From an uncultured delta proteobacterium (lineage in GTDB: Bacteria; Myxococcota_A; Polyangia; Fen-1088), in assembly GCA_963737265.1 (NCBI GenBank), contig CAVTRY010000012.1:160001-224000 (forward strand): 64,000 nt of DNA, read 5' to 3'. Below are positions 19,474 through 29,664 of the stretch, in pieces. The position numbers and the translations under genes are program-made. Positions within the stretch are counted from its first letter, which is position 1. Every line of letters starts with the position of its first letter. The notes beneath the pieces were generated by a model, which saw only the letters and a list, made by a program, of their open reading frames with translations, did not search any database and was not told the origin of the DNA.

Positions 19474-20337
19474 CTACTTCTTGTTCTTGCCCACCGCCGG
19501 CTCGAGCGACTTGATGCGCTCCTGCGCGTCCCGCTCCGAGGAAGGATCGGTCTTGTCGTTGGTGGCCAGGTACTTCTTGAAAGCGTCGAGCGCCTCTTCA
19601 TAGCGGCGATCCTGCGAGTAGAGCAGCCCGAGATCGTAGTAGGCGCCCGACTGCAAGGGGTCGAGCTGGATCGCCGCTTGATATTCACCGATGGCGTCGT
19701 CGACGTGCTTCTGCTGGCGATAGACCACGGCCAAGTTGAAGTGGGTCTGGCCGTTTCTGGGATCGAGGTCGATGGCTTTCTTGAATGCCTTGACCGCACC
19801 CTCCTTGTCGGACGTCTTCGCAAGCGCGACGCCCAGGTTCGACCAGCCGAGTGCTTCCGTGGGTCTAAGCTCGGTCGCCTTGCGTAGGTTGGTGATGGCC
19901 TTCGGGTAGTCGCCCTTCTGGCGGTACGCGGTGCCCAACGTGACCCGCGCATCGTAGTCGTCGTCCTTGAGCGACACGGCGGTTTCCAATTCCTTGATGC
20001 CTTCATCGACGCGCTTCATGCGGATGTAGAGCGCGCCTAGATTGGCGTGGGAATCGCTGTCCTTGGGCTGCAGCGATGTGGCCTTTCGATAGGCCTCGGC
20101 CGCGTCGGTGTAGTCGCCCTGGCCGCGGTAGAGATTGCCAAGGCTGAACCAAGCCGCGGCATAATTCGGACGAGCCCCGATTGCTTGCTTCATCTCGGCG
20201 ATGGCTTCCTCGGTCCGGCCCTGGCGCTTGAGCACCAGTCCTTGATTGTAGTGAACCGCGGCTTCGTCGGCCGTGGCCGGCGTCGGCAAAGTCAGGACTG
20301 CCGCAAGCAAGCTCAATTTGAACCATGCGCTCTTCAT
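19474..20337 (-). CDS. Secreted TPR-repeat protein
   Basis: Signal peptide and about 7 TPR units. Confidence 0.88.
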   Translation of the reverse strand: MKSAWFKLSLLAAVLTLPTPATADEAAVHYNQGLVLKRQGRTEEAIAEMKQAIGARPNYAAAWFSLGNLYRGQGDYTDAAEAYRKATSLQPKDSDSHANLGALYIRMKRVDEGIKELETAVSLKDDDYDARVTLGTAYRQKGDYPKAITNLRKATELRPTEALGWSNLGVALAKTSDKEGAVKAFKKAIDLDPRNGQTHFNLAVVYRQQKHVDDAIGEYQAAIQLDPLQSGAYYDLGLLYSQDRRYEEALDAFKKYLATNDKTDPSSERDAQERIKSLEPAVGKNKK

Positions 20338-20412
20338 GGTTGACGAGCTTCAACCTAGCGCGGGCCGCAGTCAACCCGCGCGTTTTTCTCTGTCTTCGAT
20401 TGGACGCGACCG

Positions 20413-22743
20413 CTACCACTCGACGTGAATGCCGGCGGAGGGCAACACCAGCCGATAGTAACTTTCGTCGATGGCTCCCGACGAGTTGCGCTTGATGTCG
20501 AAGACCTCGCGGCTGAGAGTCGAATTGACGAGCTCCAGGTACACATCGAGCACGTAGCTGTCGAAGATGAAGCGTTTGTCGCCACGCAGGTCGAGCTGCG
20601 GAAATCCGGGCAGATTGACGTAGCCTTCGACCTGGTTCTCATTCGCCACTTCGCTGAACAAGGGATACGGACGGCCGCTGTTGTAGTGAAAGCGCACCGA
20701 GGTCGAGTAGTTGCGCGGCCAGCGATAGCCGACCACGAGATTGAGAATATGTCGCTCGTCCCAGTCCGACGGAACGACGATGCCGTCCACCACGCGCAGC
20801 GAGCGCGAGAGGGTGTAGGCCAGCCAGCCGTAAAGCCGGTGCTTCATCGGACGGCGAATCATGACCTCAAGGCCATAGCTTTCGCCGTCGCGTGGCGCGA
20901 GCAGGTCCGATGCTTCCGGGTCTGGAATCAGCGTGTTGGTCAGGTCGGTCAGGTGCAGGCGCTGGAAGAAGATCGACGTGTCGAGATTGACGTCCAGGCC
21001 CAGGCGATCTTCGAGCGCGGACTCGATACCGAGCGATCCCTGGCGCGAGCGCTGCAATCCATAGGTGGCAAGCCCAAAGCCCTCGAAGCCGGGCACGCCG
21101 ACGGGCAGGCTCGGCATCTGCGAGAATTGTCCAACCGTGGCCTTGATCCAATCGCGCGGCCCCACGCGGTAGCGCACGAGCAAGCGCGGGCTTGGCGCAA
21201 AACGATGGGTGCCTTGTTCGTAGTAGGCGTCGTAGCGCAGGCCGGGCGTCACGACAAGTCTGTCGCCGCCGCGCAGGCTTATCCCGGCATAGGCACCCAC
21301 CGATAGAACGTCGCGATTGTGAAACAGATCGGTCTCGTAGGTGTCCGCGAGGTAGCCGCCCGTCAGCGAGACCAAGGATGTGGGACGAAAGCGCTGAATT
21401 TCGGCGTCGCTGCCGATCTCGACGTCCAGCCAGCGCAGGGCCGACCAGTGCTCGGAAATCCGCGGCGCGACCGAGTACGCACGGCTGCCCACCGGCAGGG
21501 AAAAGAGCGAGGTGAGGCTGACCGTGGAATCGTCGACGCCCGCCACGGCCGCCGCGGTCAGGCGGCCGCCCGCCACCGCGCCAACCCAGCGCAATTGCAC
21601 CCGGTGGAAAGTAAGCTGGGCGAGCCCGGGTGCGATGGCATTGGGCTGGCCCACGAATCCGTAGTCGGTGGCGTCGGGATTTTTTTGGCGAAGGTCGTCG
21701 CCCGATCCGAAGGCGAACAAGGTCAGCTTACCGGGGCCGAGGGTGTGCTCGACCCGCACCTGGTAGTCCCAGTAGTCGACCGCATAAGCGTTGGAGAAAG
21801 CTGACAACAGAAGTCCGGTATAGGAATATCGGCCAGCGACGGCCACGGTGCCTTTGCCGTTGTCCCACGGCGCGGCCACAATGCCCCCCGCATCGAACAG
21901 ACGAACGTCGGCCGAAACGTGGACCCGATCGGTGGCCGGCGACGCAGTCTGCGCGGCCACGATGCCCGACACGTATCGTCCGTACTCGACCGGATAGCCG
22001 CCCGGAAAGAATTCCAGGCCCTCGATGAAAAAGGGATGAATGACGGAAGGCCCGAGGGCGAAGTGAAAGAGCGCCGGCGCGCGCACGCCGTCGATGAAGA
22101 AGCCGGTATTTCCGGGGTTGGCGCCGCGGATCGCATAGAACGGCAAGGGCCACGTCGTCTGTGCAACACCGGGCAGCGACTCGATCACACGAAAGGGATC
22201 GCCGAAGGAGCCGGCGGTATGAATCAGCTCCTCCTTCTTGAGTGGAACGGCGGGGTCTTCCTGCCGATCGGCGGTCACGACGGTTTCGTAGCGCTCGCCA
22301 TCCGGGCGCGGCTCGAGTCGGATCACCAAATCTTGCGTCGCGAGCGAAACGACCAGCGGCAGCGTGACCGGCGCATACCCAGGGCACTGCACGCGCAATA
22401 GGTGAGTGCCGGGAAGTACCTCGAGGACAAAGGTTCCGCCCGGTCCGGTTTCGGTGCTTGTCGCGGTATCGGCGCCGACCCCGCTGTGGACCATGGCTCC
22501 GACGAGCGGCTGGCGGGTTCCGCGCGCGAGCACCTTGCCGGTGATTCTCACCAGGCCTTGCGTAGCGACCGGTCGTTCGCCAGCACCATCGGACGAAGCA
22601 AACCCGTCTTGGCCAGCGTCGGCAACGGTGGCCCCATCGCTTGCGCCGCCATCCAGTGGCGGACTGGCCGGCGCCTGCTCCGGCCCAACCGTACCGTCGA
22701 CGGCCATGGCCGACAGGAGCACAACGAGAAGAACGGAAGTCAC
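20413..22743 (-). CDS. TonB-dependent receptor with carboxypeptidase-regulatory-like domain
   Basis: Plug GDPFRVIESLPGV..IRG, PGGYPVEYGR, GWLAYTLSRS and a terminal W. GTG start lies just past the MITE. Confidence 0.88.
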   Translation of the reverse strand: MTSVLLVVLLSAMAVDGTVGPEQAPASPPLDGGASDGATVADAGQDGFASSDGAGERPVATQGLVRITGKVLARGTRQPLVGAMVHSGVGADTATSTETGPGGTFVLEVLPGTHLLRVQCPGYAPVTLPLVVSLATQDLVIRLEPRPDGERYETVVTADRQEDPAVPLKKEELIHTAGSFGDPFRVIESLPGVAQTTWPLPFYAIRGANPGNTGFFIDGVRAPALFHFALGPSVIHPFFIEGLEFFPGGYPVEYGRYVSGIVAAQTASPATDRVHVSADVRLFDAGGIVAAPWDNGKGTVAVAGRYSYTGLLLSAFSNAYAVDYWDYQVRVEHTLGPGKLTLFAFGSGDDLRQKNPDATDYGFVGQPNAIAPGLAQLTFHRVQLRWVGAVAGGRLTAAAVAGVDDSTVSLTSLFSLPVGSRAYSVAPRISEHWSALRWLDVEIGSDAEIQRFRPTSLVSLTGGYLADTYETDLFHNRDVLSVGAYAGISLRGGDRLVVTPGLRYDAYYEQGTHRFAPSPRLLVRYRVGPRDWIKATVGQFSQMPSLPVGVPGFEGFGLATYGLQRSRQGSLGIESALEDRLGLDVNLDTSIFFQRLHLTDLTNTLIPDPEASDLLAPRDGESYGLEVMIRRPMKHRLYGWLAYTLSRSLRVVDGIVVPSDWDERHILNLVVGYRWPRNYSTSVRFHYNSGRPYPLFSEVANENQVEGYVNLPGFPQLDLRGDKRFIFDSYVLDVYLELVNSTLSREVFDIKRNSSGAIDESYYRLVLPSAGIHVEW

Positions 22744-22744
22744 G

Positions 22745-22909
22745 CTAGTTCCGCCCGTCAGAAGAGCAACCATGTTTCGGCCGCCGAGGCGCCCGGCCAG
22801 CGAGGCGCGACGAGGGCGCATACTGGACGTATGTAACCGAGGAGCAACAAAGCTGGACGGGATGCATCGGCGACCTAAACATGGTTGAAATTCTGACGGG
22901 CGGAACTAG
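22745..22909. mobile_element. MITE inserted at CTAG, with structured core
   Basis: CTAG at 22745-48 and 22906-09. TIR TTCCGCCCGTCAGAAnnnCAACCATGTTT matches 26/29. Core GAGGCGCGACGAG..GCATA..TATGTAA..GAGGAGCAA as at 7270-7320. Confidence 0.82.
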
Positions 22910-24603
22910 TCGGTTCCCCCGTCGGGAGAAACCGGTGGCGCGAGGGTGGTCAACCACAGGCCGGAACGATCGGACGACGCCCGCCCGCGCACGATGTAGG
23001 CGGTCCACGACGTCGACAGATCCCCTCCTGGGAGCAGCGCCTCCCAGGCGACGGATTGGGCGTAAAGAGTGTCCACACCGCTGTCGAGATTTCGGTAGAA
23101 AAAATCTCCGACGTCGTCCTGTTGTGAGCCGTTGATGATGCCGAGGAGACTGTGCGCCGACACGGTCACCGACAGAATCTCCTTCGCCACCTGCCGCACA
23201 TCGCCGGTCTCATAGTCGCCGAAAAAAAGATCGGAAGTCGCACGTCCCAAGTGCGCCCAGAAGACCAAAATCTGCCCGCTTGGACCCGGCGTGAAGAAAT
23301 AGCCGCTGTTGCCGCCACCGACGGGGACCTGCAAACCCGCCGGCGAGATGGTGCGCGCAGGTAGCGCCAGCGCCACGTCCTGAACCATCAAAGCACCATG
23401 GACACTCGGATCGTAGAGCGTCGGCAGCGCCGGAGAAATGTAGACCAGGTATTTCCCGTCCGGCGTCAACCCGGGCGCAACCATGTTGGTGGCGGGCACG
23501 ACTCGAAGGGCCACAAAGGAATTCTGAAGGGCAAAAACCCCATGCCCCTGGCTGTCGAGGAGAAGCCACTCGTTGCTGTTGCCGACTTGAGGCGCTGCAA
23601 CCAGGTTCACGAGCGGGCTCGGCAGCAGGGTTGTCGTATCGTTGCCGGTCACGAGGTCGAGCGAGTGCAGCTCGGCCGGCGCCGCCCCGATCGCATTCTG
23701 CGAGTAGGAAAATGTGTTGCCGTTAAAGCCACCCCAGCTTGACGGATTGGGCCGAGCCAAGGGAATCTCCGCTCCGGTGGTCAGATCGCGCACGACGGTC
23801 TTGGACACGTTGTTGTCGGTGACGGCGATCGCGGCGTAATGCTCATCGCCGCTGACTGTGAAGCGCGAGACACCTTGGCGCAGGAGCTCCAGCGTGTCGC
23901 TCGGACGATCGAGTCGGGTGAACTTCAAATCGGCATCGCGGATGAAGTAGATGGCGCCACTGCCTCCAATCTGAAACTGAAAGGAACCGGAATCAGGGCC
24001 GAGCAGCAGGCTGTAGACGCCGTCCCAGAGAAACAGACTCGGATAGATCTGCCCCGGCGCCGCCGGTCGTTCGTAAAGGAGCTGCGGGCAATTGTTCTGC
24101 AAGCCGGGAGCCCCCGGACAGGTCTGACCAGCTTGCGGCTGATCGACAAGTACCTGCGGAGCAACCGCGAATGGAGCATAGGTAGAGATACCTTCGAAGC
24201 GCGTCTGTTCTTCCAGCGTGGGACCGAGCAGCACCAGCGACGCGACGGGGACGGTGCTGGCGCCGCTGGCGACGCGCGTCTCGTCGACCATGAAGTAGCG
24301 CACGCCCGCGCTGTCGGGCCCCTGTTCCCCCCAGCTATCCGAGCAGTTGGCGATCACCTTGCGCTGCCGACTGCCATCGAACGAAGAGATCCAGACGTCC
24401 AGCACGCCGCCCTGGGTAGGGGTGGCGTAGGCTTTGCGATCGCTGAAACGAACCATGGTTTCGCCGCCGACAGCAATGAACCCCGGCGCCTCGATGGTCT
24501 GGCTGAGAAAAAGGTGGCTCCCGGTCGGAGCCGGCCCCTCGTCGTGCAGACAGCCCGCGAGGAGAAGCAGCCCAAACGGAATGATCAGCTGTCGACAAGC
24601 CAT
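22906..24603 (-). CDS. Hypothetical lipoprotein (probable beta-propeller)
   Basis: Lipobox LAGC and beta-rich repeats such as TPDGKYLVY. Confidence 0.7.
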   Translation of the reverse strand: MACRQLIIPFGLLLLAGCLHDEGPAPTGSHLFLSQTIEAPGFIAVGGETMVRFSDRKAYATPTQGGVLDVWISSFDGSRQRKVIANCSDSWGEQGPDSAGVRYFMVDETRVASGASTVPVASLVLLGPTLEEQTRFEGISTYAPFAVAPQVLVDQPQAGQTCPGAPGLQNNCPQLLYERPAAPGQIYPSLFLWDGVYSLLLGPDSGSFQFQIGGSGAIYFIRDADLKFTRLDRPSDTLELLRQGVSRFTVSGDEHYAAIAVTDNNVSKTVVRDLTTGAEIPLARPNPSSWGGFNGNTFSYSQNAIGAAPAELHSLDLVTGNDTTTLLPSPLVNLVAAPQVGNSNEWLLLDSQGHGVFALQNSFVALRVVPATNMVAPGLTPDGKYLVYISPALPTLYDPSVHGALMVQDVALALPARTISPAGLQVPVGGGNSGYFFTPGPSGQILVFWAHLGRATSDLFFGDYETGDVRQVAKEILSVTVSAHSLLGIINGSQQDDVGDFFYRNLDSGVDTLYAQSVAWEALLPGGDLSTSWTAYIVRGRASSDRSGLWLTTLAPPVSPDGGTD

Positions 24604-24704
24604 GAGCGCCCAGGGCGGTACTCTAACCTAATGCGCGCCAATGTTCGAGACTGTGCGCGCCCCCCGCGCCCCCCACACCTCCGCTTCCGCCCTGGCCAGA
24701 TCCG

Positions 24705-26456
24705 CTACGCTTCCTCGTTGAACTCCAGCGGAAAGCGCTGCTTCATGGCGTGGTTCACCACTTCTTCAATCTCGTCCTCGGTGCGCAGGGACATGATCTC
24801 TTCCGCAAGCTTCTCGGCCTCGTTCAATCGAGTCGACCGGATGATGGACTTGACCATCGGGATCTGGCGCGGCGCCATCGACAAGGATCGAAGGCCGAGT
24901 CCGAGCAGAACCCAGCAGAAGCGCGGATCGCCCGCCATGTCGCCACACATGGCCACCGGCTTTCCGCATTGGTTCGCTGCCTGGACCACGCCGCGGATGG
25001 CACGCAGGATGGCGGGATGAAGCGGATGGTAGAGGTAGCCGACGTGCTCGTCCTGACGGTCGGCGGCGAGCGCGTACTGGATGAGGTCGTTGGTTCCGAT
25101 GGAAAGAAACTCGCTCTCGGCGCACAGCAGATCCGCGATGAGGGCCGCGCTCGGCGTTTCAATCATAGCCCCGAGCGGCGCCTTCGAGTTATGTTCCAAT
25201 CCCTCGCGGGCAAGCTCGTCGCACACGCTGGCGCAGATCTCGCGCACGATGCGCATCTCGGCGACGCCGGAAATCAGGGGAAACATGATGCTGAGCGGAC
25301 CCGTCGCTGCTGCCCGGTAGAAGGCGCGCAACTGAGACCGGAACAGATCCCGCCGCCACAGCGAGTAGCGAATGGAACGCAACCCCAGCGCCGGGTTGTT
25401 ACCGGCGGGAATGCGCACCGACATGGGCAGCTTGTCCCCGCCGAGATCGAGGGTTCGGAACACCACGGCTCGGCCTTCCATCGCGCGCAAGGCAGCCACC
25501 GCGTGTTGATACTGCTCTTCCTCGGTGGGAAGGGTCGAGCGTTCCAAGTAAAGAAACTCGGTACGAAACAGCCCTACCGCATCGGCGCCGAGCTGCACCG
25601 AAATGGGCAGCTCTTCCAGCAGCTCGACGTTGGCCGCGAGCTGCACCCGCACGTTGTCGAGCGTGGTCGCCGGCGCCTCGCGCGCCTTGGCCAGACGTTC
25701 CGCCTGCACGAGGTCGCGCGCGGCCCGGTCGGCGAAGCGTTCTTGAATGCCAAAATCCGGCTCGAGAATGACTTCGCCACGGCCGCCGTCGACGATGACG
25801 GTCATGCCGGTGCGGATGTGCTTGATGAAGTCCTGTACGCCGGCGACCAGCGGCAGACCAAGTGCACGCGCCACCAACGCGGCGTGCGAGGTCTTGCCCC
25901 CGCCCTCGGTGAAGAAGCCGCTGACCCCGGCGCGACCGAGCTGGGTGATGTCGGCGGGCGAAAGATCGTGGGCAAACACCACGGCGCCCTTGGGCACGCC
26001 CTCGTGGCCGGGCGGCGTCATGCCGAGCAGGTTGCGCAGAATGCGCTCGCCGATCATGTCGATGTCGCTGCGGCGTTCGCGAAAGTAGGGATCCTCGATG
26101 CTGGCGAAAACGACCTGAATCTGGTCGAGGGCGCGGCGCAAGGCCCATTCCGCCGAGACCTGATCGTGGCGAATGATCTTGCTCGTCTCCTCGACGAGAT
26201 GAACATCGGCCAGCATCATGCGGTGGGCTTCCAGGATGCGGTATTCCTGGCCGTCGCCCACCTGATCGGCGATCTGCTGCTGGATGCGGCGAAGCTGGGC
26301 ATCGCTGCGCGCCAGGGCGTCCTCGAAACGGCGCAACTCCTGGTCGACCTCGTCGGTGAAGATGCGCCGCTCTTGCACCTCGACACGTCCGCCGAGAAAA
26401 TGCGCCACGCCCATGGCGATGCCGGGCGACGCGCCCACGCCGGCCAACCTAATCAT
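24705..26456 (-). CDS. ptsI: PEP-protein phosphotransferase (PTS enzyme I)
   Basis: GGKTSHAA, GLFRTEF, RTLDLGGDK, SIGTNDLIQY and CGDMAG. Confidence 0.95.
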   Translation of the reverse strand: MIRLAGVGASPGIAMGVAHFLGGRVEVQERRIFTDEVDQELRRFEDALARSDAQLRRIQQQIADQVGDGQEYRILEAHRMMLADVHLVEETSKIIRHDQVSAEWALRRALDQIQVVFASIEDPYFRERRSDIDMIGERILRNLLGMTPPGHEGVPKGAVVFAHDLSPADITQLGRAGVSGFFTEGGGKTSHAALVARALGLPLVAGVQDFIKHIRTGMTVIVDGGRGEVILEPDFGIQERFADRAARDLVQAERLAKAREAPATTLDNVRVQLAANVELLEELPISVQLGADAVGLFRTEFLYLERSTLPTEEEQYQHAVAALRAMEGRAVVFRTLDLGGDKLPMSVRIPAGNNPALGLRSIRYSLWRRDLFRSQLRAFYRAAATGPLSIMFPLISGVAEMRIVREICASVCDELAREGLEHNSKAPLGAMIETPSAALIADLLCAESEFLSIGTNDLIQYALAADRQDEHVGYLYHPLHPAILRAIRGVVQAANQCGKPVAMCGDMAGDPRFCWVLLGLGLRSLSMAPRQIPMVKSIIRSTRLNEAEKLAEEIMSLRTEDEIEEVVNHAMKQRFPLEFNEEA

Positions 26457-26748
26457 CGACCACCCCTTCGCCGAAGCCATTGTCGACCAGTGCGGCCAGC
26501 GCCTTCGCCGCATCGTCGGCGTCCGGCCCAACCGCCTGAACCACGATGGTCACGCCCAGCGCTGCCACCAGGGTCAAGAGCCCCATGATGCTCTTTCCGT
26601 TGACCCCGGTGCCGTCCTTGATGACCGTGATCTCGGACCTGAAGTGGGCGGCGAGCTGGACGAACTTCACCGCAGCCCGCGCGTGCATGCCGGCGCGATT
26701 GCGGATCTTCCTCTCCTGACGAGCGACTTGCTGCGCCGGCTCCACCAT
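26449..26748 (-). CDS. ptsH: HPr phosphocarrier
   Basis: GMHARAA (His15) and NGKSIMG (Ser46). Confidence 0.95.
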   Translation of the reverse strand: MVEPAQQVARQERKIRNRAGMHARAAVKFVQLAAHFRSEITVIKDGTGVNGKSIMGLLTLVAALGVTIVVQAVGPDADDAAKALAALVDNGFGEGVVDD

Positions 26749-26749
26749 G

Positions 26750-27175
26750 TCAGCCCCTGCCTCCCATCGTCACCTTGCCGGTCAGTTCCGATCCGATGCG
26801 AATCGAACGCTTGCCACAATCTCGCACCTCCTCGGCCAGGGTAAGCAGCGAGAGCTTGCAACGGTCGAGGGTGGCGAGCTTGAGCAACATGGGAAGATTC
26901 ACCCCGCACACCACTTCGGCGGCGCGCGTTCCGTCGGCCATGGTCATGGACATGTTAAACGGCGTCGAACCGTAGACATCCACCAGAAGCAGGACACCTG
27001 CACCGTCGTCGACCTGCCCGCATGCCTGGGCCACCTTGTGCATGATCGAGGCGCTGTCTTCGCCTGCCGAAACGCATGCCGCTGCGATGTTGGGTATGGT
27101 ACCCACCACCCGGCGGGCCGCCTCGATGAGCGCAAACGCGACTTGCTCATGAGACACCACAACGACGCCCACCAT
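26750..27175 (-). CDS. PTS EIIA, mannose family
   Basis: VVVVSH, DVYGSTPFN and GVNLPML. Confidence 0.9.
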   Translation of the reverse strand: MVGVVVVSHEQVAFALIEAARRVVGTIPNIAAACVSAGEDSASIMHKVAQACGQVDDGAGVLLLVDVYGSTPFNMSMTMADGTRAAEVVCGVNLPMLLKLATLDRCKLSLLTLAEEVRDCGKRSIRIGSELTGKVTMGGRG

Positions 27176-27294
27176 GGGCTCAATCGTCCTGTTTCCGAGC
27201 GGAGACATCATATTTCAATCGACCTGTCCGAACGATTCAGCCTGAAGCTTACATCTTCCGGTCGAGATAGCGAAGGCTGTTGCAGCTTGGATCT

Positions 27295-28164
27295 TCACTT
27301 CTGTCCTTCCGGTCCCGGCAGCTGGCGACCACGTGCGATGTCCCGGTGTTTGACTTCAACCTGGAACGCTACCAGGCGCTTGGCCAGCTCGTTGGCGATG
27401 ACGACCGAACGATGGCGGCCGCCCGTGCAGCCAATGGCGATCGTCGCGTAGGTTTTGCCCTCGCGTTCAAAGGCAGCCACGCAAAGAGTCAGCAGCTCTT
27501 CGGCCTTTTCCAAGAACAATTGGGTTTCCTGGCTTTCCATCACGTAGTCGCGAACGCCTTCCGCTTCGCCGGACAAGGCGGACAGGGAATTGACGAAGAA
27601 CGGGTTGGGCAGGAAGCGAACGTCGAGCACGATGTCGGCCTCTGTCGGCAGTCCGTACTTGAACCCAAACGACATCATGGTCACGGAAAGATTGCCCTCG
27701 GCTCGACCGTAGCGACCGAGCACGATGGCGCGCAGGCCGTGTACGTTGAGCTCGCCAGTGTCGATGATCGCGGTGGCTTCCAGGCGCAAGGTGGCGAGAC
27801 GCGCCCGTTCGGTCTCGATGTCGCCCCGGATGTCCTTGCCGTGCAGGGGATGCCGGCGCCTCGTTTCGGAGAAGCGGCGAAGCAAGATCTCGTCGGGCGC
27901 ATCGAGAAAAAGCACGTCGATGGAGTGGCCGGCGACACGCAGGTCGTTGAGAACGCGCGCGGTGTCGGTCAGAAAGTCGCCGCTGCGGGCATCCACCACC
28001 AACCCCGCGCGCATGACTTCCTCGCGTCCGGCCAGAAGCTCGATGAACTTCGGCAAGAGCGCCATGGGCAGATTGTCGACACAGTAGAATCCGAGATCTT
28101 CGAGCGCGCTCTTGACGGTTGTCTTGCCCGCTCCCGAGACGCCCGTGATGACGACCAACTTCAT
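27295..28164 (-). CDS. rapZ: RNase adapter RapZ
   Basis: GVSGAGKT, SFGFKYG, DVRFLPNP and GCTGGRHRS. Confidence 0.95.
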   Translation of the reverse strand: MKLVVITGVSGAGKTTVKSALEDLGFYCVDNLPMALLPKFIELLAGREEVMRAGLVVDARSGDFLTDTARVLNDLRVAGHSIDVLFLDAPDEILLRRFSETRRRHPLHGKDIRGDIETERARLATLRLEATAIIDTGELNVHGLRAIVLGRYGRAEGNLSVTMMSFGFKYGLPTEADIVLDVRFLPNPFFVNSLSALSGEAEGVRDYVMESQETQLFLEKAEELLTLCVAAFEREGKTYATIAIGCTGGRHRSVVIANELAKRLVAFQVEVKHRDIARGRQLPGPEGQK

Positions 28165-28177
28165 GGCTACCCTACAG

Positions 28178-29158
28178 CTACTCTACGTCGCCGCGGAAGC
28201 GACGCTGTCGAGCATCGGCCAGCGCCTGATCGAGGCGTTCTTGGAATTCGCGGGCGGCGTGGTGGCCGCGCACCTGCAAAAGCCGGTTACGCGCCGCCAC
28301 CTCGACCAGCGAGCTGACGTTGCGGCCCGGGCTGACGGGAATGCGCAGCATGGGTACAGGCACGTCGAGAATCGGATAGGTCTGGTCGTCGAGGCCGACC
28401 CGGTCGGCGGCTTCGGATTCCTCCCACCGCACAAGCTCCATGACCAGCTCGATGCGCTTTTCGTCGCGCACCGAAGCCACGCCGAACATGTCCTTGATGT
28501 TGATGATGCCGATCCCACGCACCTCCATGTGGTGCTTGATGAGCTCGGCCGACCAGCCCACGAGCAAGTCGTGAGCGCTGCGACGAACCTCGACCAGATC
28601 GTCGGCGACCATGCGATGGCCGCGCATGACCAATTCCAGTGCCGCTTCGGACTTGCCGATCCCGCTCTTGCCGAGGAGCAAGATGCCGACGCCGAGAACA
28701 TCCATGAGCACGCCGTGGATGCTGGCGGTGGGCGAAAGCTCGCGCTCGATGTAGGTCTGGATCGATTGAATCGCCACCGAAGACCGCAGCGGCGTGCGCA
28801 GGAGTGGCACGCCCAGGCGATCCGCGGCTTCGAACAGCTCCGTCGGGACGTCGAGCCCCTTGGTCACCACGATACACGCCGGCTCAAGCGCCATGAAGGT
28901 CTCGATCCCGTGGCGCGCCTCCTCGACCGGCAGGCTGGCGAGATAGGCGAGCTCCGTGGCACCCAGGATCTGCACGCGTTCCGGCTGCACCTGGCGAACG
29001 AAACCGGCCAGGGCCAAGCCGGGCTTCTGCACGCGATGAAAGGTGATGCGACGGCTGAGCCCGGACTCGCCCGCCAGCAGAACGAGCCTTAGGCCCGCGG
29101 CTTCGCTCAAAAGTGAACGAACCGTCAGGGTGACCGCCAGGCCGGCGCTCTCACTCAA
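28178..29158 (-). CDS. hprK: HPr kinase/phosphorylase
   Basis: GKSGIGKSE, ADDLV, EVRGIGII and PGRN. Confidence 0.95.
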   Translation of the reverse strand: MSESAGLAVTLTVRSLLSEAAGLRLVLLAGESGLSRRITFHRVQKPGLALAGFVRQVQPERVQILGATELAYLASLPVEEARHGIETFMALEPACIVVTKGLDVPTELFEAADRLGVPLLRTPLRSSVAIQSIQTYIERELSPTASIHGVLMDVLGVGILLLGKSGIGKSEAALELVMRGHRMVADDLVEVRRSAHDLLVGWSAELIKHHMEVRGIGIINIKDMFGVASVRDEKRIELVMELVRWEESEAADRVGLDDQTYPILDVPVPMLRIPVSPGRNVSSLVEVAARNRLLQVRGHHAAREFQERLDQALADARQRRFRGDVE

Positions 29159-29625
29159 TACTTGGCATCCTCCTCGTCGATGATCCTGTACATAGTGGCG
29201 CCATCCGCCGCTTCTAGCAATCGTTGACGAAGGTTACCGTCGCGAAACAGGCGCGACAGGCGCGCGAGGGCCTTGAGATGGACACCGGCCGAATTGGATG
29301 GTGCCACCAACATGAACACGAGATGGGTTGGCTTGCCGTCGATGGAATCGAACGCAAGTCCTGCCACCGAGCGCCCCAGCGCCCCGACCAGGTGATCGAT
29401 GGTGTCGAGCTTCCCATGCGGAATCGCGATGCCGTCGCCGATCGCCGTGGACGCCAGCAGCTCACGCTCTTCGAGAACCCGATGCAGGACCTGCGGATCG
29501 ATGGCACTTTGGCCACTCTGCCGACCGGCAAGATAAACCGACATCTCGAGCAAGACCTCGCTCTTGGTCGTACCCGAGAGCGCGGGGATGATGGAGTCGG
29601 CGGAAAGAAAATCGACAACCTTCAT
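29155..29625 (-). CDS. ptsN: PTS EIIA-Ntr
   Basis: ERE..STAIGDGIAIPH and FDSIDGKP. Confidence 0.92.
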   Translation of the reverse strand: MKVVDFLSADSIIPALSGTTKSEVLLEMSVYLAGRQSGQSAIDPQVLHRVLEERELLASTAIGDGIAIPHGKLDTIDHLVGALGRSVAGLAFDSIDGKPTHLVFMLVAPSNSAGVHLKALARLSRLFRDGNLRQRLLEAADGATMYRIIDEEDAKY

Positions 29626-29664
29626 GGTGGGACCTGGTACTTCTCTGCGCGTGATTGGTTCGGT

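Noticed and set aside
24610-24695. CCAGGGCGG...CCGCCCTGG inverted repeat resembling ISAs1 ends
   Set aside because: Only about 9-10 bp, GC-rich, and no flanking direct repeat.
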